From contig BQFW01000014.1 in the NCBI GenBank assembly GCA_020891255.1, positions 2,108,001 to 2,172,000 on the forward strand: a DNA stretch of 64,000 nt, written 5' to 3'. This DNA comes from Entomortierella parvispora E1425. Its lineage: Eukaryota; Fungi; Mortierellomycota. The position numbers and the translations under genes are program-made. The notes under the pieces are model-generated. The model made no database searches and was not told where the DNA came from. It worked only from the letters and a program-made list of their open reading frames with translations. Numbering within the stretch: position 1 is the stretch's first letter; each line of letters begins with the position of its first letter. This document shows positions 36,840 through 48,714 of the stretch, piece by piece.

Positions 36840-37340
36840 ATGGTCAAGTTCATCTCTCTCGTCGCCATCGTCCTCCCCGCTGTCCTCAGCGTCGCGCAGG
36901 CCGCCTACATCCTCAGCTCCGGGCAGTTGAAGGGCACGCACATCATCCACAATGTCAACTGTGCTGGCTCTACCAAGTACACTCTTGCCACGGAGACTCT
37001 CAAGGCCGGTGGGGTCTTTTGCTCTTACCTCCCTGCCATAGACATGTCCCTTTGCCAGTGCCACCAGGCCGATGTGACCGCCAAGAACCTGGACGGATTC
37101 ACGGCTGACATCTTGGAGCACGTCCTGACCCTGGGTGTTTGCACCGACAAGAAGGGGGGTCTCGACTATGCTAGCGACGGTACCTGGATCAACGGGTTCT
37201 ACGAGGGACTCACCTTCATGAGCGCCGCCGGTTTCTCCAAGGGCAAGGTTACCATCAACGGATGCAAGCCCGTCGGTTGCACGACTGCTTCTCAGGGGCT
37301 GTCGTGGCGCAACCTCAAGACTGTCTCGGCCAACTGCTAA
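36840..37340 (+). CDS. Small secreted cysteine-rich protein (166 aa, 8 Cys), intronless
   Basis: Signal peptide MVKFISLVAIVLPAVLSVAQA; strong C-ending codon bias; TATAAA at about 36740 upstream. Confidence 0.85.
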   Translation: MVKFISLVAIVLPAVLSVAQAAYILSSGQLKGTHIIHNVNCAGSTKYTLATETLKAGGVFCSYLPAIDMSLCQCHQADVTAKNLDGFTADILEHVLTLGVCTDKKGGLDYASDGTWINGFYEGLTFMSAAGFSKGKVTINGCKPVGCTTASQGLSWRNLKTVSANC

Positions 37341-37660
37341 AAAAAAGTAGTGGTCCTTACGAGACCCCATAGAGAAATAAAAGAAAACATGAATGGTGTG
37401 GGTGTTTCCGCTCTCGTGCCATTTCTTTTTTACTCTCTAATTTGTACATGTATCATGCAACGCGTCGCGTGGCGTCACTACGTACCTCAATCCGTATTCA
37501 TTGATGGCATCCTCAGTATCATTCTGAACCCCTTCAGTAGGCATGTTTTTTCCCAAAGAGAAATGCTTGGTTTTATTATAGAATGCTGTGCGGTGAGATG
37601 AAATGAGATGGAATTGGATGGTATTTCAGAAAATGAGTTGAACGCCTTTGCAGTTTTTTT

Positions 37661-39463
37661 TTACGTGGCCTTCTTGTTGGTGTTGACATATCCAATTCCA
37701 ACACAGGTCATCAAGAGCGTATCTGGGGCAGCACCCAATACAGTCTTGTCCTTGTCCGTCTCCTGCGTGATCTTGAACTGCGAGCCAAAAAAGTCTTGCA
37801 AATCGCGCAAGTATTGAATTCTATGTTGTCAAAACAAGCAAAAGCAAATCACACGTCAGCAAGCGACCAAGAAAACGACGACGACCCAAAAAAGTCTTGG
37901 AGAAAATACAGACAAATAAAACTTACGTGAATGGGGTGAGTTCTCCAACGCGAACTTTGCTGACATCGTTAGGTCCCAAAACCATCATCAGCAACACCAA
38001 AGTCTGAGAAATGGAGTCAACACATCCACCCTTGCGGATCTCGGACAACAACATCTTGGCTGCCTGCAATCCAATGTCCTCGGGTGCTTGACCAGCGCCT
38101 CCGGCCAACTCTGCAGAGTAGAAAGCCGATGTTGTCGTCTTGGCCAATAATGAAATAGCAAATCCAGGAGAGAGTCCTGATTTATCTCCCTGGTAGTGTA
38201 CAGCGGCAATGTTGATATCGTTCACATAGTCCAAAAGACCACGAGCAGAGTCCACCATACGGTTTGAGAACTGAGGGGCCACTCGAGTACAGTAGGCAAC
38301 TCCACGGATTCTCTTAATACGACCTTCATCCGTGAACTGAATAGGCTTCAATGACCGCACAATTGGACATCTGAAAATGACCTTTCCTCCTCCGTTTGGT
38401 GGTGCTCCACGAGCGGGGATCTAGTAGTCAAAAAATAAATAAATAACCAGTCCAGTCAGAAATTTCGTGCTCGCTTGCTAAGGGTCATCCCTTTAGAAGA
38501 TCCAGGCCATGTTTCTACATACATCGAGTTCCAGTCCCTCTTCAATTCCGAACTTCTTGAGTTGTGGCAGCAAGACAGTTCTAATGGTATCAACCTACAA
38601 TAAAAATCAAATAGGTAAGCATAGTTTCCTCAGATATCATTATTTATGTCCGACACAGATTTCAAGGCAACAGGTCTAGAGTCATTTCTGCCCTAGTCAT
38701 CCTCCATCCTGTGGTTGAGCTGAAAGCTCGGAGATCCCAAAGTCGATCATCAAAACTTACAGAAATATCGACGTTGTCGTTGGTGATTCCGTTCAATGTG
38801 ATGTTCATGGGGTTCTTGGAAAAGGGTCCGAGACAGATCAAGGGTTCCAAGAAATATCCGATGGCTCGTGCTGATCCACAGTCATGGTAAACCTTGCCTC
38901 CAACAATGACACCAGGCTTGTAGACGATCGATGTACCTTGATTTCAGAATAATGAGACCATTCGTTAGTTACTTGTCAGCCGAGCTTCTAGAGCCTTATG
39001 TCTTGCATGTCCAGTTCCCAAGTCCAGGTGGTTTTGTAAATCCAGCTTCATCTCTTTGAGTTTTAGCCAACGTTTGATGATAGATCCTTGTTGGTCGCTG
39101 TTCATCCACTCCTGATCCTTGCTTCATGTATCTCGACTAATAGACGGCAGTGCGGCATACCAGTGTAGCTGATTTCAATAGTGGCTCCGTTGGTGACCTT
39201 CTCCAAAAGACGCAAAAAGCTGGCCTCAAAATCTACGATAAACAAAGGGGGGTGTTTAGCTCATCAAGGCTCTTTTCAGAAAAGGAGAAAAAGAGAGAGA
39301 ATATCTAAAATTCCATCCAACAGCTATAGTTTGTACCTCTCAGACCAGGGTTGGCATCGTTGTGGCGAATCTTTTCAATCTTCAGAACCTTTCCAGACAA
39401 GGTAGCCAGGACAAGGCGCTGTCTGAAGTAGTTGTGTCCTTCGAACCGGAGAACTTTGGACAT
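37661..39463 (-). CDS. RCL1: RNA 3'-terminal phosphate cyclase-like protein Rcl1, multi-exon
   Basis: MSKVLRFEGHNYFRQRLVLATLSGK; GYFLEPLICLGPFSK; EGRIKRIRGVAY; GLSPGFAISL; PEDIG; C-terminal CVGIGYVNTNKKAT. Confidence 0.92.
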
Positions 39464-41099
39464 GTGTGGAATGGATGAGGGTAGATGGGGGAAAGAGTTG
39501 ATGCCGATAGCGAGATAACTGTAGACGGTGTGATATGGTTCAGAATGGGCGATGTAAGGAGAGATGGGGATGAATGCACCAGAGACAGAGAGCGAGGTTC
39601 TTAAGTTTGCATGCAAAGACCTTTTCCTTTTTTTTTCTTTTTTTTTTTGAGAAGCTTGAAGGTCGATTCGTGGCTTAGCCCCAGTTCGTAAACACTTTTT
39701 GGGCCACGACCAAGGTTGCCCCTTTAATGATCACGTGATTATATCTCGGCTAAGCCTCCCACCCTTGCGCTGTGGCGCGTGCGCCTGGCTCAAAATATTT
39801 TTAGCCCGCCTCAAAGTCAAGGGCACGTTTTGTATATACGTATGTACGTTTTCCCAATTGGGCCTAATTGCGCTGGGATCAAGTTCTTCAAAAGGGATTT
39901 CGTGCCCACCTTGATTTGGAAAACGGAGCCTTCCTCCTTCCTTTACTGGCGAAACGAACCGTTCCACATAAACATGAGAATGTTCCAACAACAAAAAAAA
40001 AAAGAAAGAACTTAAAAGACCCGCAGCTTCGAGAGCACGCATCAGAGAGGGACAGGGGTCGTAGAGCGCAGGATTGGAACTTGAGCGGGGCTTTCCCCCC
40101 ATGAAGTGCTTTTTTTTGTCTTTGGTTAAAAGTTAGCAACCGGCAGCGAAAATACGAACGAGAAACTCTTTTGTCTGCCACCCATGCACGCAAAGCCCAG
40201 CCATCCATGCAATACAAAAGAAGAAGGTGCGATACCGCTCGTTGAAGAGCGCGCAGTGTGAAAAATTAATGTACTGCCTCCCATCTTTCGCCTCGTTCCG
40301 GATCCTCAGTCTCGTTTTCATCCTCGTCTCCGACCTCGCTCCATCCTCACCTCCCCAACTTGCCATCATCCCCCGGGAACAGCAGCCTACATGCCAAAAA
40401 GTAATAAAAAAATGAGGAGGGTTCGTCGTCCGAATCCGGTTTACCAAAACTCCACCCGTTATCTACGATCTACCCTGATGGTGGTGAGTGATACCCCTAT
40501 GTAGACGGTGCGATCTTGTTAAAACAAGTCCACAGCGAGCTCAGGGCAGTGGCTCTTCCTAGCTGTTGTTTATGAGTTTTGAAGTGAAAAAAAAAAAAAA
40601 AGGGCAATAGCTCGCATTGGTTAGAATTGATGAATGCCAAATGCATCAGATGTCATCCTCTATCTCCAGAGAAACAATAATAAAGGGATAACGATAGTTA
40701 CCTTCTATGGTGGCTCTACTTGCTGAGAAAACGAACGTTCTGTGGTCTTCTTAGCCGCGATATCGGCAGCTGCGAGTTCGAAAAGTCCTTGGTCCCAAGT
40801 GACGTTCCCTAACTTGATAGTTCATTCTATAAAAGTGGATCCTGTCCTGTCCAAGATTTTGGGATAAACCAATTTCCTGAAAATAGGGTCGAATGATGGA
40901 AGTCGACGTTGTGGATGCGGAAAGGGATCAGCGAAAACACCAAAGGCAAGTAGGGTGAGAAACAGCAGGGGTTTGAGCGTAGAGTTTTGTTGTCTTATGA
41001 ATGGGATAACTGAAGCGCTTTGATTTATGTTGAAGGTATTTGGTGAAAGAAAAGAAAGCGTAGGTCCAATGACATCTTTTCCTCCTCCTGCAATTCCTC

Positions 41100-42258
41100 C
41101 TCTTCCCCCTCCTCCTCAAGTAGAAGCCGCACTTCGTCCTTCATCCTCAATCCTGGTTCGATCGCCTGTGGTTTGGTGTGATACGTTCCTCTGCGCCATG
41201 TTGGTTTCGTAGGCTTGGCACTCTTGCGAAGCGCCGAGAAACGAGAAACAGTGTCCTTCACCACTACTTGAGCTGTCAGCAATGGAGGGAACATGACAAT
41301 GGTGGAGGCAAACGAGAAGCGTGACAGGACCAAGTTGAAGGCGCCCAACAGTAACAGCAGGTACAGAGGGTCCACACCTCCACTCTATGGCCCTGTGCGA
41401 GGATTCCGACAACTGGCCCGTCTACCCCTGCCTCCAAGAGACCATCCAGGCACATCTTCATCTGCGTAAAGAGTTTATGGCGATCCTTGTCGCACACCTC
41501 GTCGCTCTCATCGAACTTTTTCACCCCCCCACACCAACAACGTGTACTGAGGATTGGAAGTCGAACAGAGCATGAAATCTGGCTGCAATACTTCATCGTA
41601 GTGGACGTTGCCAGTCTCGATCCTGTCTCGCGTCCTATATGAAGGCAAATATAGGTACTCTCGTCTTAGTCGCCATAAAAACCAAACGTTGGCATGCTAT
41701 AAGGAGCACAATGCTTATCAGCAAAGCCGGTAGTCTCCAACGTATCCGAATACGAACTTAATAAATGGCCTTATGAATCTGGCAATGTGGCTGTCTTCAT
41801 TAGCTGCATTGAGGACGGTTCTTGACCACAACGCGCTGGTGCTGCACATCTCATTGAGGCAGCTGAAAACGGGAGACTTCAAAGCTCCTCCTTTTGCGAA
41901 CACCTCGCACAACACGGCCCTCGCATCGCATGCCTCAACATGGACTGCCAGCTGAGACCACTCGACAATTAGTGAAACTTCACTCGCCTCCAGGTCTATC
42001 TTCGTTTCCTTTTGATGCTGTTCACGGAGTGGATGAAGGCATTCCTTGAAGAATATGAAGTTGAGAGAGAGAAGATTCTCAACATCATTGTTATCGAGGA
42101 ACGAGCTATCATCGATCTGTTCCTGACGATATCGCATCCTGATGCCTATGTTGCATCCCCTATCGTCGATGTAGTCTGCATCGCCCGTCCGTGAACGCGA
42201 GAAAGTTCCGGGGCCAAGATATCGTCCCAATATTCGCGGTTGGCGCAAGGCGGGGTAA
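41100..42258 (-). pseudogene. Decayed PD-(D/E)xK restriction-endonuclease-like gene of a Mucoromycota repeat family
   Basis: LQPDFMLCS...LLV[G-run frameshift at 41524-41530]VKK, then DKDRHKLFTQMKMCLDGLL...GILAQGHRVEVWT, then a second frame change to LLGAFNLVLSRF. Confidence 0.55.
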
Positions 42259-42260
42259 TA

Positions 42261-42429
42261 GCCTGCCTCCTTTCTTGTGTGCCCAAGAGAATCACTTTTT
42301 GATTCTCTCTGGAAATCAACTCTTTTCTGCTTTCCAGCGAGAATCAAGTTACACAAAAACGGAAGAAGGGCCAATCAACTCAAAGAATTAAAAAAGTGAT
42401 TCTCTTGGCCTCGAAGAAAGGAGGCAGGC
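42261..42429. mobile_element. MITE-like 169-bp element with ~46-bp imperfect terminal inverted repeats, flanked by TA on both sides
   Basis: Left gcctgcctcctttctt..ccaagagaatcacttttt-gattct versus right agaatt-aaaaaagtgattctcttgg..aagaaaggaggcaggc; TA at 42259-60 and 42430-31. Confidence 0.5.
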
Positions 42430-42806
42430 TAATTGTAGCGGAAGTAATCTCGATGATTGATATCAGTCGCCTGGCGCCAGTTCTCGAAGTACTGCGGGTA
42501 AGGTACGTCTCGAAATACATGACGTCAAGTGGTCCTCACCCGAGCCTTCTTCTTCTTGGTGCGGTCTGATGTATTCACAGTCTGTCTCTTCATTTCAGCC
42601 ATGGTGACCGACGACGAATGGTGGGCCTTGAAATCGCGAGACTGGGAAAAACGCAAAACACATCAAAAAAATCATGCAAGGTGACCACCGTCGATCAAAC
42701 ATCCGTCACGTGCATAAATCAGGCTCTGAAAAGATTAGAGTCGCATGTTGTTTTCACCCATCACATTTATACTACACAGCAAACAGCAAACAGCAAACAG
42801 CCAGCA

Positions 42807-44032
42807 ATGTCAGGGCCAGGATCACTATCAGGAGGAGCATCCTTTGAATGCAGTTTGGCAGGAGTTGTCCTTCCAGGACAGTTTGGGCAGCTCTACGACC
42901 GATTGCTTGGCTTGTGTGAACACTCGGCGCATGCCAAGATGCTGGAGCATGAGCTTTTATTCTCGCCATCAGGTAGCGTGGACATGGAAGGACCTTTCAA
43001 AGCACCATGTGCTTCAGTCTCGGGAACTATTCACTAACTTTTCCTTGCGGGCCAAATGTGCCTTTCTTGACGACCATGTTGTCATAGTTCAACGGCCCAT
43101 GTACGCAGCCAGGAATGACGAAGTCCCTCTTCGCTTACGCGTCAAGCTGACAGTTCTGGACCAGGACAACAAGAAGAAGCGATCCGAAGAGCAGGATGGG
43201 ACAAGGAAGCTACAGAAAAGCGAATCCACTGGAAGTGTAGCAGCAGCAGCAGCAGGCACCACAGCTGAATCCGCCATGGATGTGGACTCTACCCAGGAAA
43301 CGGTTGAACGCGTGTCGAACGGTCCATCCTCGGCATCACATACACAGCATCCTTATCAGGGCTCAAGGACGATCGTGACTCGCCAGTATCAATTGTGTCA
43401 ATACGGACACCCAGAGCCAGGACGGAATCTGGTGGTGCGCTCAGCGATTCTTGTCAAAATTCATGGAGATGCCTATGGTTTCTTGTCTCTACTTGGATAT
43501 GGGTAAGCTGGTAGCAATGCAGAGCAGCGTCAGTCATGGTAGCAATGCAAAGCAGCGTCAGTCAAACAGTCTCATCCAGGATTCGATCTGTGTTCTTATT
43601 AACCATCGTTTCAATATGACCCTGCGGAATCCTAGATTTGAGGACGAGTTTGTTCGCCGAGGATTCAATTTTATGTACAACAACATTTGCAGGATATCAG
43701 TCTTTCGTAAATACAAGGTACCTGCATCACAACATGTTTTTGCTTGACTTATGAAGAACTGCAAGAATGAGGTAAAGAGTCTAACAAGGCACCCTCTCGT
43801 CCTTGTCTGTCCTGTTTCTTGTTTCTCTTCTCCATCTCAGCTTGCAAAACAGCACGACCCATTCTCTGCAATTGTGCCAGAGGGTGAGGCTGCTGGAGGA
43901 TCAGCTGCAGATGTGGCCTCGCCCTGGTTGGTCGAGATCACCTCCAGTTTTGTGTCTCAAGAGAACGTCAACTCCATGTCCGATGAGATCAATGTTGTAA
44001 GGAATCTGCTGGCAGGTTCAATCTCATATTGA
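42807..44032 (+). CDS. MED18: Mediator of RNA polymerase II transcription subunit 18, multi-exon
   Basis: FECSLAGVV...LYDRLLGLC...EHELLFSP; EVPLRLR; LCQYGHPEPG...VVRSAI; FLSLLGY; EFVRRGF; PWLVEIT. Confidence 0.8.
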
Positions 44033-44202
44033 TAAACAAGTTGATTGAAAAAAAAAAAAAAAAAAAAATCCAAAAATATACCAAGTTTGCATTTGCCAAA
44101 TGCTCGGCGCCAAAGAGTGGGTCCCTGACTCAACGTGAAGTGCATGCTTACTCAACTCTGCATGTCAAATTACATTTGAAAGTTATATATCTACACATCT
44201 TT

Positions 44203-46917
44203 TTATTCCGCATCAAGAGCAGCTTCAAGAGCAGCGACGGCCTCTTCGGTGGTCATGACGCGGGCAGTAGCAGGGGCGGAGGTTGGGGTGGAAGTCTCAG
44301 ACTCTGTCTCTTCACGAGAATCCAGCTCTGCGTCATCTTGTTTCCTCTTGAGCGGCGCTTTGGGCTTTCCCTCGACTGGCTTTGATGACTGTTGACGTTG
44401 TTGTTCACGTTGTTCACGTTGCTGAGCCAAGTGACGCTGCTGTTCCTCTGCCTGTCTCTGACGAAGCTGGTCCTGTTCAAGGATTAGGGCCTTTTGTGCC
44501 TCCCGGACCTGCCTCTCTGATGCCTCTCGCTCCAAGTACCAGCTCTTCCAGCCTACAATCTCGATCGCCGCTGCCTCCTCCACGGATTTCATTCCAAGGG
44601 AGCGACCCTTGTTGGCCAACTCTGAATCTCCCACCATAAGCGGCGTCACGTATTCTTCTCCCAGAGGGCCCAAAGGAACAGTCACTTCTGGTTCATCCAG
44701 CATGACCGAGCTTCTCAAAGTCTCTACAGGTTCGGCTCCTGCCTCGACTGGTGGTGGTGCAGGGAATCGGCTGATCAAAAGCCAGGCGGAGGTGCTGTCC
44801 ACTCTGTTGAATCTATAGGCGTTGAGGGGGCGGAACAGATGGAACAAGGTCGAGTTTGTGTAGTTGGAAGGCAGATTCCGGAGCAAGAAATTGAAGGGCC
44901 GGTCCTGTGGCTCTTCCTCTGGTCCTGCCAGGTTCATCACCTCGATGTCAGAGCGCATCATGTGCAGCAGGTTGTAGCAATCCTTGAGCTCTGCATTCTC
45001 CAGATATTGTTGCGTCGGGTTATCCAAAATCATTTGTTGGCGCTTTCTCAAAGTCTCCTCCTTTTCAAGTTCCGTCTCCACCACCTCTCCATCCTCCGAT
45101 ACGGTGTCCTCTGTAGCTTTGGCGACTTGGGCTGTTGATTCCTCAATGCCCTCAACCTCAATCTTTCTCTTTTTCCGAGAGGGAGATCCAACGTCGCCTG
45201 ATTCATCCGCATCCACTTCATCGCCATTATCGATCGTGCTCTGACGCTCGCGCTCTTTGAGGATAAATCCAGCAAAACGAAGGAATGCCTGTCCAGTGAT
45301 GTAGGCATCGTATCCAGCTTCATGATAGTTGGCCTCCTTAACTTCCTCCTGATTTCCGTTTTCCTTGGCAGGAGCGGGCGCAATGCCGGCAATAGCTGCT
45401 GTGTCTGCGGCAGCTTTGGCGGCCGCTACAGCTTTGGCAGCCTCCGCTGCATCCGCTGCAGCATTGGCAGGGTAGCGGTCGAATCCTTCCGCCATATCTG
45501 GGAAGCGGGAAAGAAAAGGCAAGATGAAATGAGTGCTCTGGTCTAGGAACAAGTGTGTATGCCTATTGAGATTGTTGACAACTTACAAATTTTGGGCCCA
45601 ACAGTCGAGAATGGGGTTTGTTGCACGCATTGCGATACGTTTTCAAGTCCACTGGTCACCAAGTGGGGGCTGATTAAAGGATGCGTCGCCAAGTATTTGG
45701 TATCGATAATACTAGTCATGTTTCACCAAAACAACATCCAAAGTGGGTTCTAGGTTAATAAAGATGCGTACTGATTCAACCCAGAATTGTCCAAAATAAA
45801 AAAAAACATAGGAGTTAATCTCAATTGCACATACGTCTTCCATTCCCCGAGCAATGCCTTCTTCCAGTCTTCCAGCTCAAACGGCAAATCCCACATGAAC
45901 TGAGACGAGATCTGCATCAAGTCCAAAAAGCAATTATGACCGATCAAGGGCTTCTTTGATTCCGAAATCATGTCCAAGACCCTCCTCAGATTCAGCTTGG
46001 GTGGCTGTGCCATCTTGGCCAATTCTTTGGCTGCCCTGATCTCATCCGTCATCTTTGATATGGTCATGGTCCTCTGCTGAGACTGAGAAGTCACATTGAG
46101 ATTGTCGTTGAACTCATTCCTGATCAGTTGGTGAACCAGTCTTCGGAAGAAACTGTTGTTGGCCTGGATGGTGAGCGTTGGCTCTGTCGAGTTTTGAAGC
46201 CATTCCTTGATTTGTTCACTAAATAGGAGAAAATGTAACGATAACTGAGTGACAAGAGTTCCCACCGACAAAGGCATCCAGAGCTTACTTAATGAACATG
46301 CGGAATCACTTACGTGGTACTCGTCATGAACGCTCGGTTGCGGTCATCGATCGGGATATCTCTCGAAGCCTCGTTCGAGGTAGCCCTCAAAGCCTCCTTC
46401 TCGGTCTTTCGAATCAAATAGGCATCTTCCTCTGGTCGAGTTAAATAGGGAATACCATGACGGATCCACTTGTTGAAATCAAAGCCGTTGTTGATCAAAA
46501 ACTCAAGACTGGTGCTCTGGCACTGAAAGAATCTTTCGCCAGCCTTGGCCTCGTCTGCACTTGAGGGGAAACAAGGAAAGTTGAAGGGGCGCGCCTCATA
46601 TCCAGCCTTGGAGTCGTTCCAGGTAAAAGTGCAAATGCCGAGCTGTATCACCAAAAAGTTGGATGCGCTCTTGGAAACCTTGGTATATCGTGTGACCAAA
46701 CTGTCCTGATCCCTGGGGATGTTCTGAGGCATTGCCAAACCTAGGAGCGAGGGCGTAGTATGAGTATGCAACTCTTCCGTTTTTGCAGAAAGTACAATGG
46801 TGCGTTTGACGCTACTCTACCAGTCATTTCAGTGTCCATGGCTACAAAGTCGCATTCGGCAATGGCCTTTTGCAGCATAGGCAGGCTCTCCTCGAATGAC
46901 TCCTTGAGAATCTCCAT
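44203..46917 (-). CDS. PARN: Poly(A)-specific ribonuclease PARN-like (CAF1/DEDD family with R3H), multi-exon
   Basis: CDFVAMDTEMTG; QLGICTF; PFNF; FLINNGFDFNKWIRHGIPYL; R3H NSFFRRLVHQ; KPLIGHNCFLDL; HEAGYDAYITG. Confidence 0.9.
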
Positions 46918-47504
46918 GGCTGACTTTTGTAAGAATGGGTGGGTGGATGGAGAAAAGGATGTCTTTCTGTCTATTGTTGTGCCTCCCCTGGCGTGACTGC
47001 GTGTTGGTGGCTGGAGGGGCGGGAGGCGCGTCGCGTTCGCGTTGCTTGCAAGGTCGTATTGCGGGAACAGCAGATGGCCTCGTACATGCATACCGTTCCC
47101 GCTGTTCCCGTCCTCTCTTCCCACCCGTGAATGCTTGCCTGCATGAATGATAGTGCTTGTATCTTCGTTTGGACCACGTCTTAGTATTTGCACAGAAAGG
47201 GTCGAAGCCTCCTCTCGGATGGCAGAAAATGATCTTCAAAACACAGTCGTGCGACCTCAATATCGCTGTAAGAATCGAGCCTGAAGAGGCCCTCATATCC
47301 GAGTATGAGTAATCCTCTGCTGGTTGCTGTACTCGTCTTTTTCCTCGAGAAAAGATGTCCAAGCATTGCCAACTTTTTTTAGTACAAAAATGTCCAAGTC
47401 ACGTGCTCCAGCCCTGGCTTTTTGATGCATGCATGCAGCAGATGGACAGACAGGCACCCTTTCTCCATTCTTCTCATTAACATTCACACGGACAAGGCGC
47501 CAAC

Positions 47505-48265
47505 ATGAGCTACTCAAACCAAGGGCAGACGGCCCCGACAACTTCCATTCCCGTTGCTGCTGGCAAGCATAGCCCCACATTAGGAGCACAGCCCGTCAAA
47601 GGCATTCTCAAACGACCCGCAACGCAGGCCCTGGACGAGCGCGCGCCTCGGTATGTCTTTTCTGATTTTAGTGAGCGTGTCAGGGCATCAGGAATGAAAA
47701 GGAAAGAAGAGACAGGAACAAAAAACAGTATCTCTCTCGATAAAAAAAATAAATTCTCTGGCTCACTCACATCCTTGTTCTGGTTTACTTTGATAGACTG
47801 AAGTGGGACGAGGAGAACCTGATTATCACGGAGGCTCAGAAGGACTCGACCATGAAGATTGACGAGCCCAAGACACCCTATGTCCACTATGACCATGAGT
47901 TGGACAAGATCATAGATATGGAAGGTAAGCCAAAAAAAAAAAAAAAAAAAAAGACAGGAATGGCTCATAGACGAGAATGATCAACTTGCACCTATTCGTC
48001 AAGTCTCGTTCCTGACCATTATCTGGTTGTTTAGAATCCTTTTCGTTGGACGGATCAAAAAAGAAACACGCGGCATTGGCGCATACACCACCCGTACCAT
48101 CATACATGCAAGGACTTCAAGATGAGGACGAAGAAGAGGACGAAGAGGAAGGAAGGGATGGTCAAGGAGAGGATCAGCCAGACGAGTGGGAAGATTCCGA
48201 TGAGGAAGAAGAAGAGGAAGAGGAGGAGACGCACCCTAAACGTAAGTCCGAGAACCCCAGAGAAC

Positions 48266-48298
<33 letters not shown>

Positions 48299-48604
48299 TT
48301 GGTACTACCGGTCCCTGAGAACCGATCACTGAAACTCGTTTTTTTTGGTTATGACTATTTTCATTTAGTGGACCACGACAAGTTTGCAAAGATGCGTGCA
48401 GAGCACTACAAAATGAGGGAGGCACTGAAATTGGGACATGAGCTCGCAGAGGAGGAACTTCAGGCGTTGGACAGTCCCAAGCCTGCCGGCACTTCTGGAC
48501 CCCCTGTTCCACCTTTACCTCAGTTTGCTCAACAATCAAATGTCATCAATGCCGCAGGATCCTCTAGAACAGATGATGATGGCCTTGAGACCATGGAGTT
48601 GTAG
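47505..48604 (+). CDS. GLC8: Protein phosphatase 1 inhibitor-2 (Glc8/IPP-2), multi-exon
   Basis: KGILK; LKWDEENL; [10 protein letters not shown]; FAKMRAEHY. Confidence 0.92.
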
Positions 48605-48714
48605 CAAAAGTAACCAGAGTTGTATTTTTGGATTTTTGGTATCTTGTCTATGAAGTGCCCATGTAGCCTGCTGCATGGGAGTTCTGGCGTAGTATGATTA
48701 AAAAGATGGCGTTG

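Noticed and set aside
36621-37370. 249-aa antisense ORF over the secreted protein
   Set aside because: Shadow ORF caused by strong codon bias on the plus strand; no plausible protein features.
40857-40868. 11-12-bp match (tttgggataaa) to the predicted Fanzor guide region as a possible target
   Set aside because: Too short and AT-rich, consistent with chance, and the similarity does not extend.
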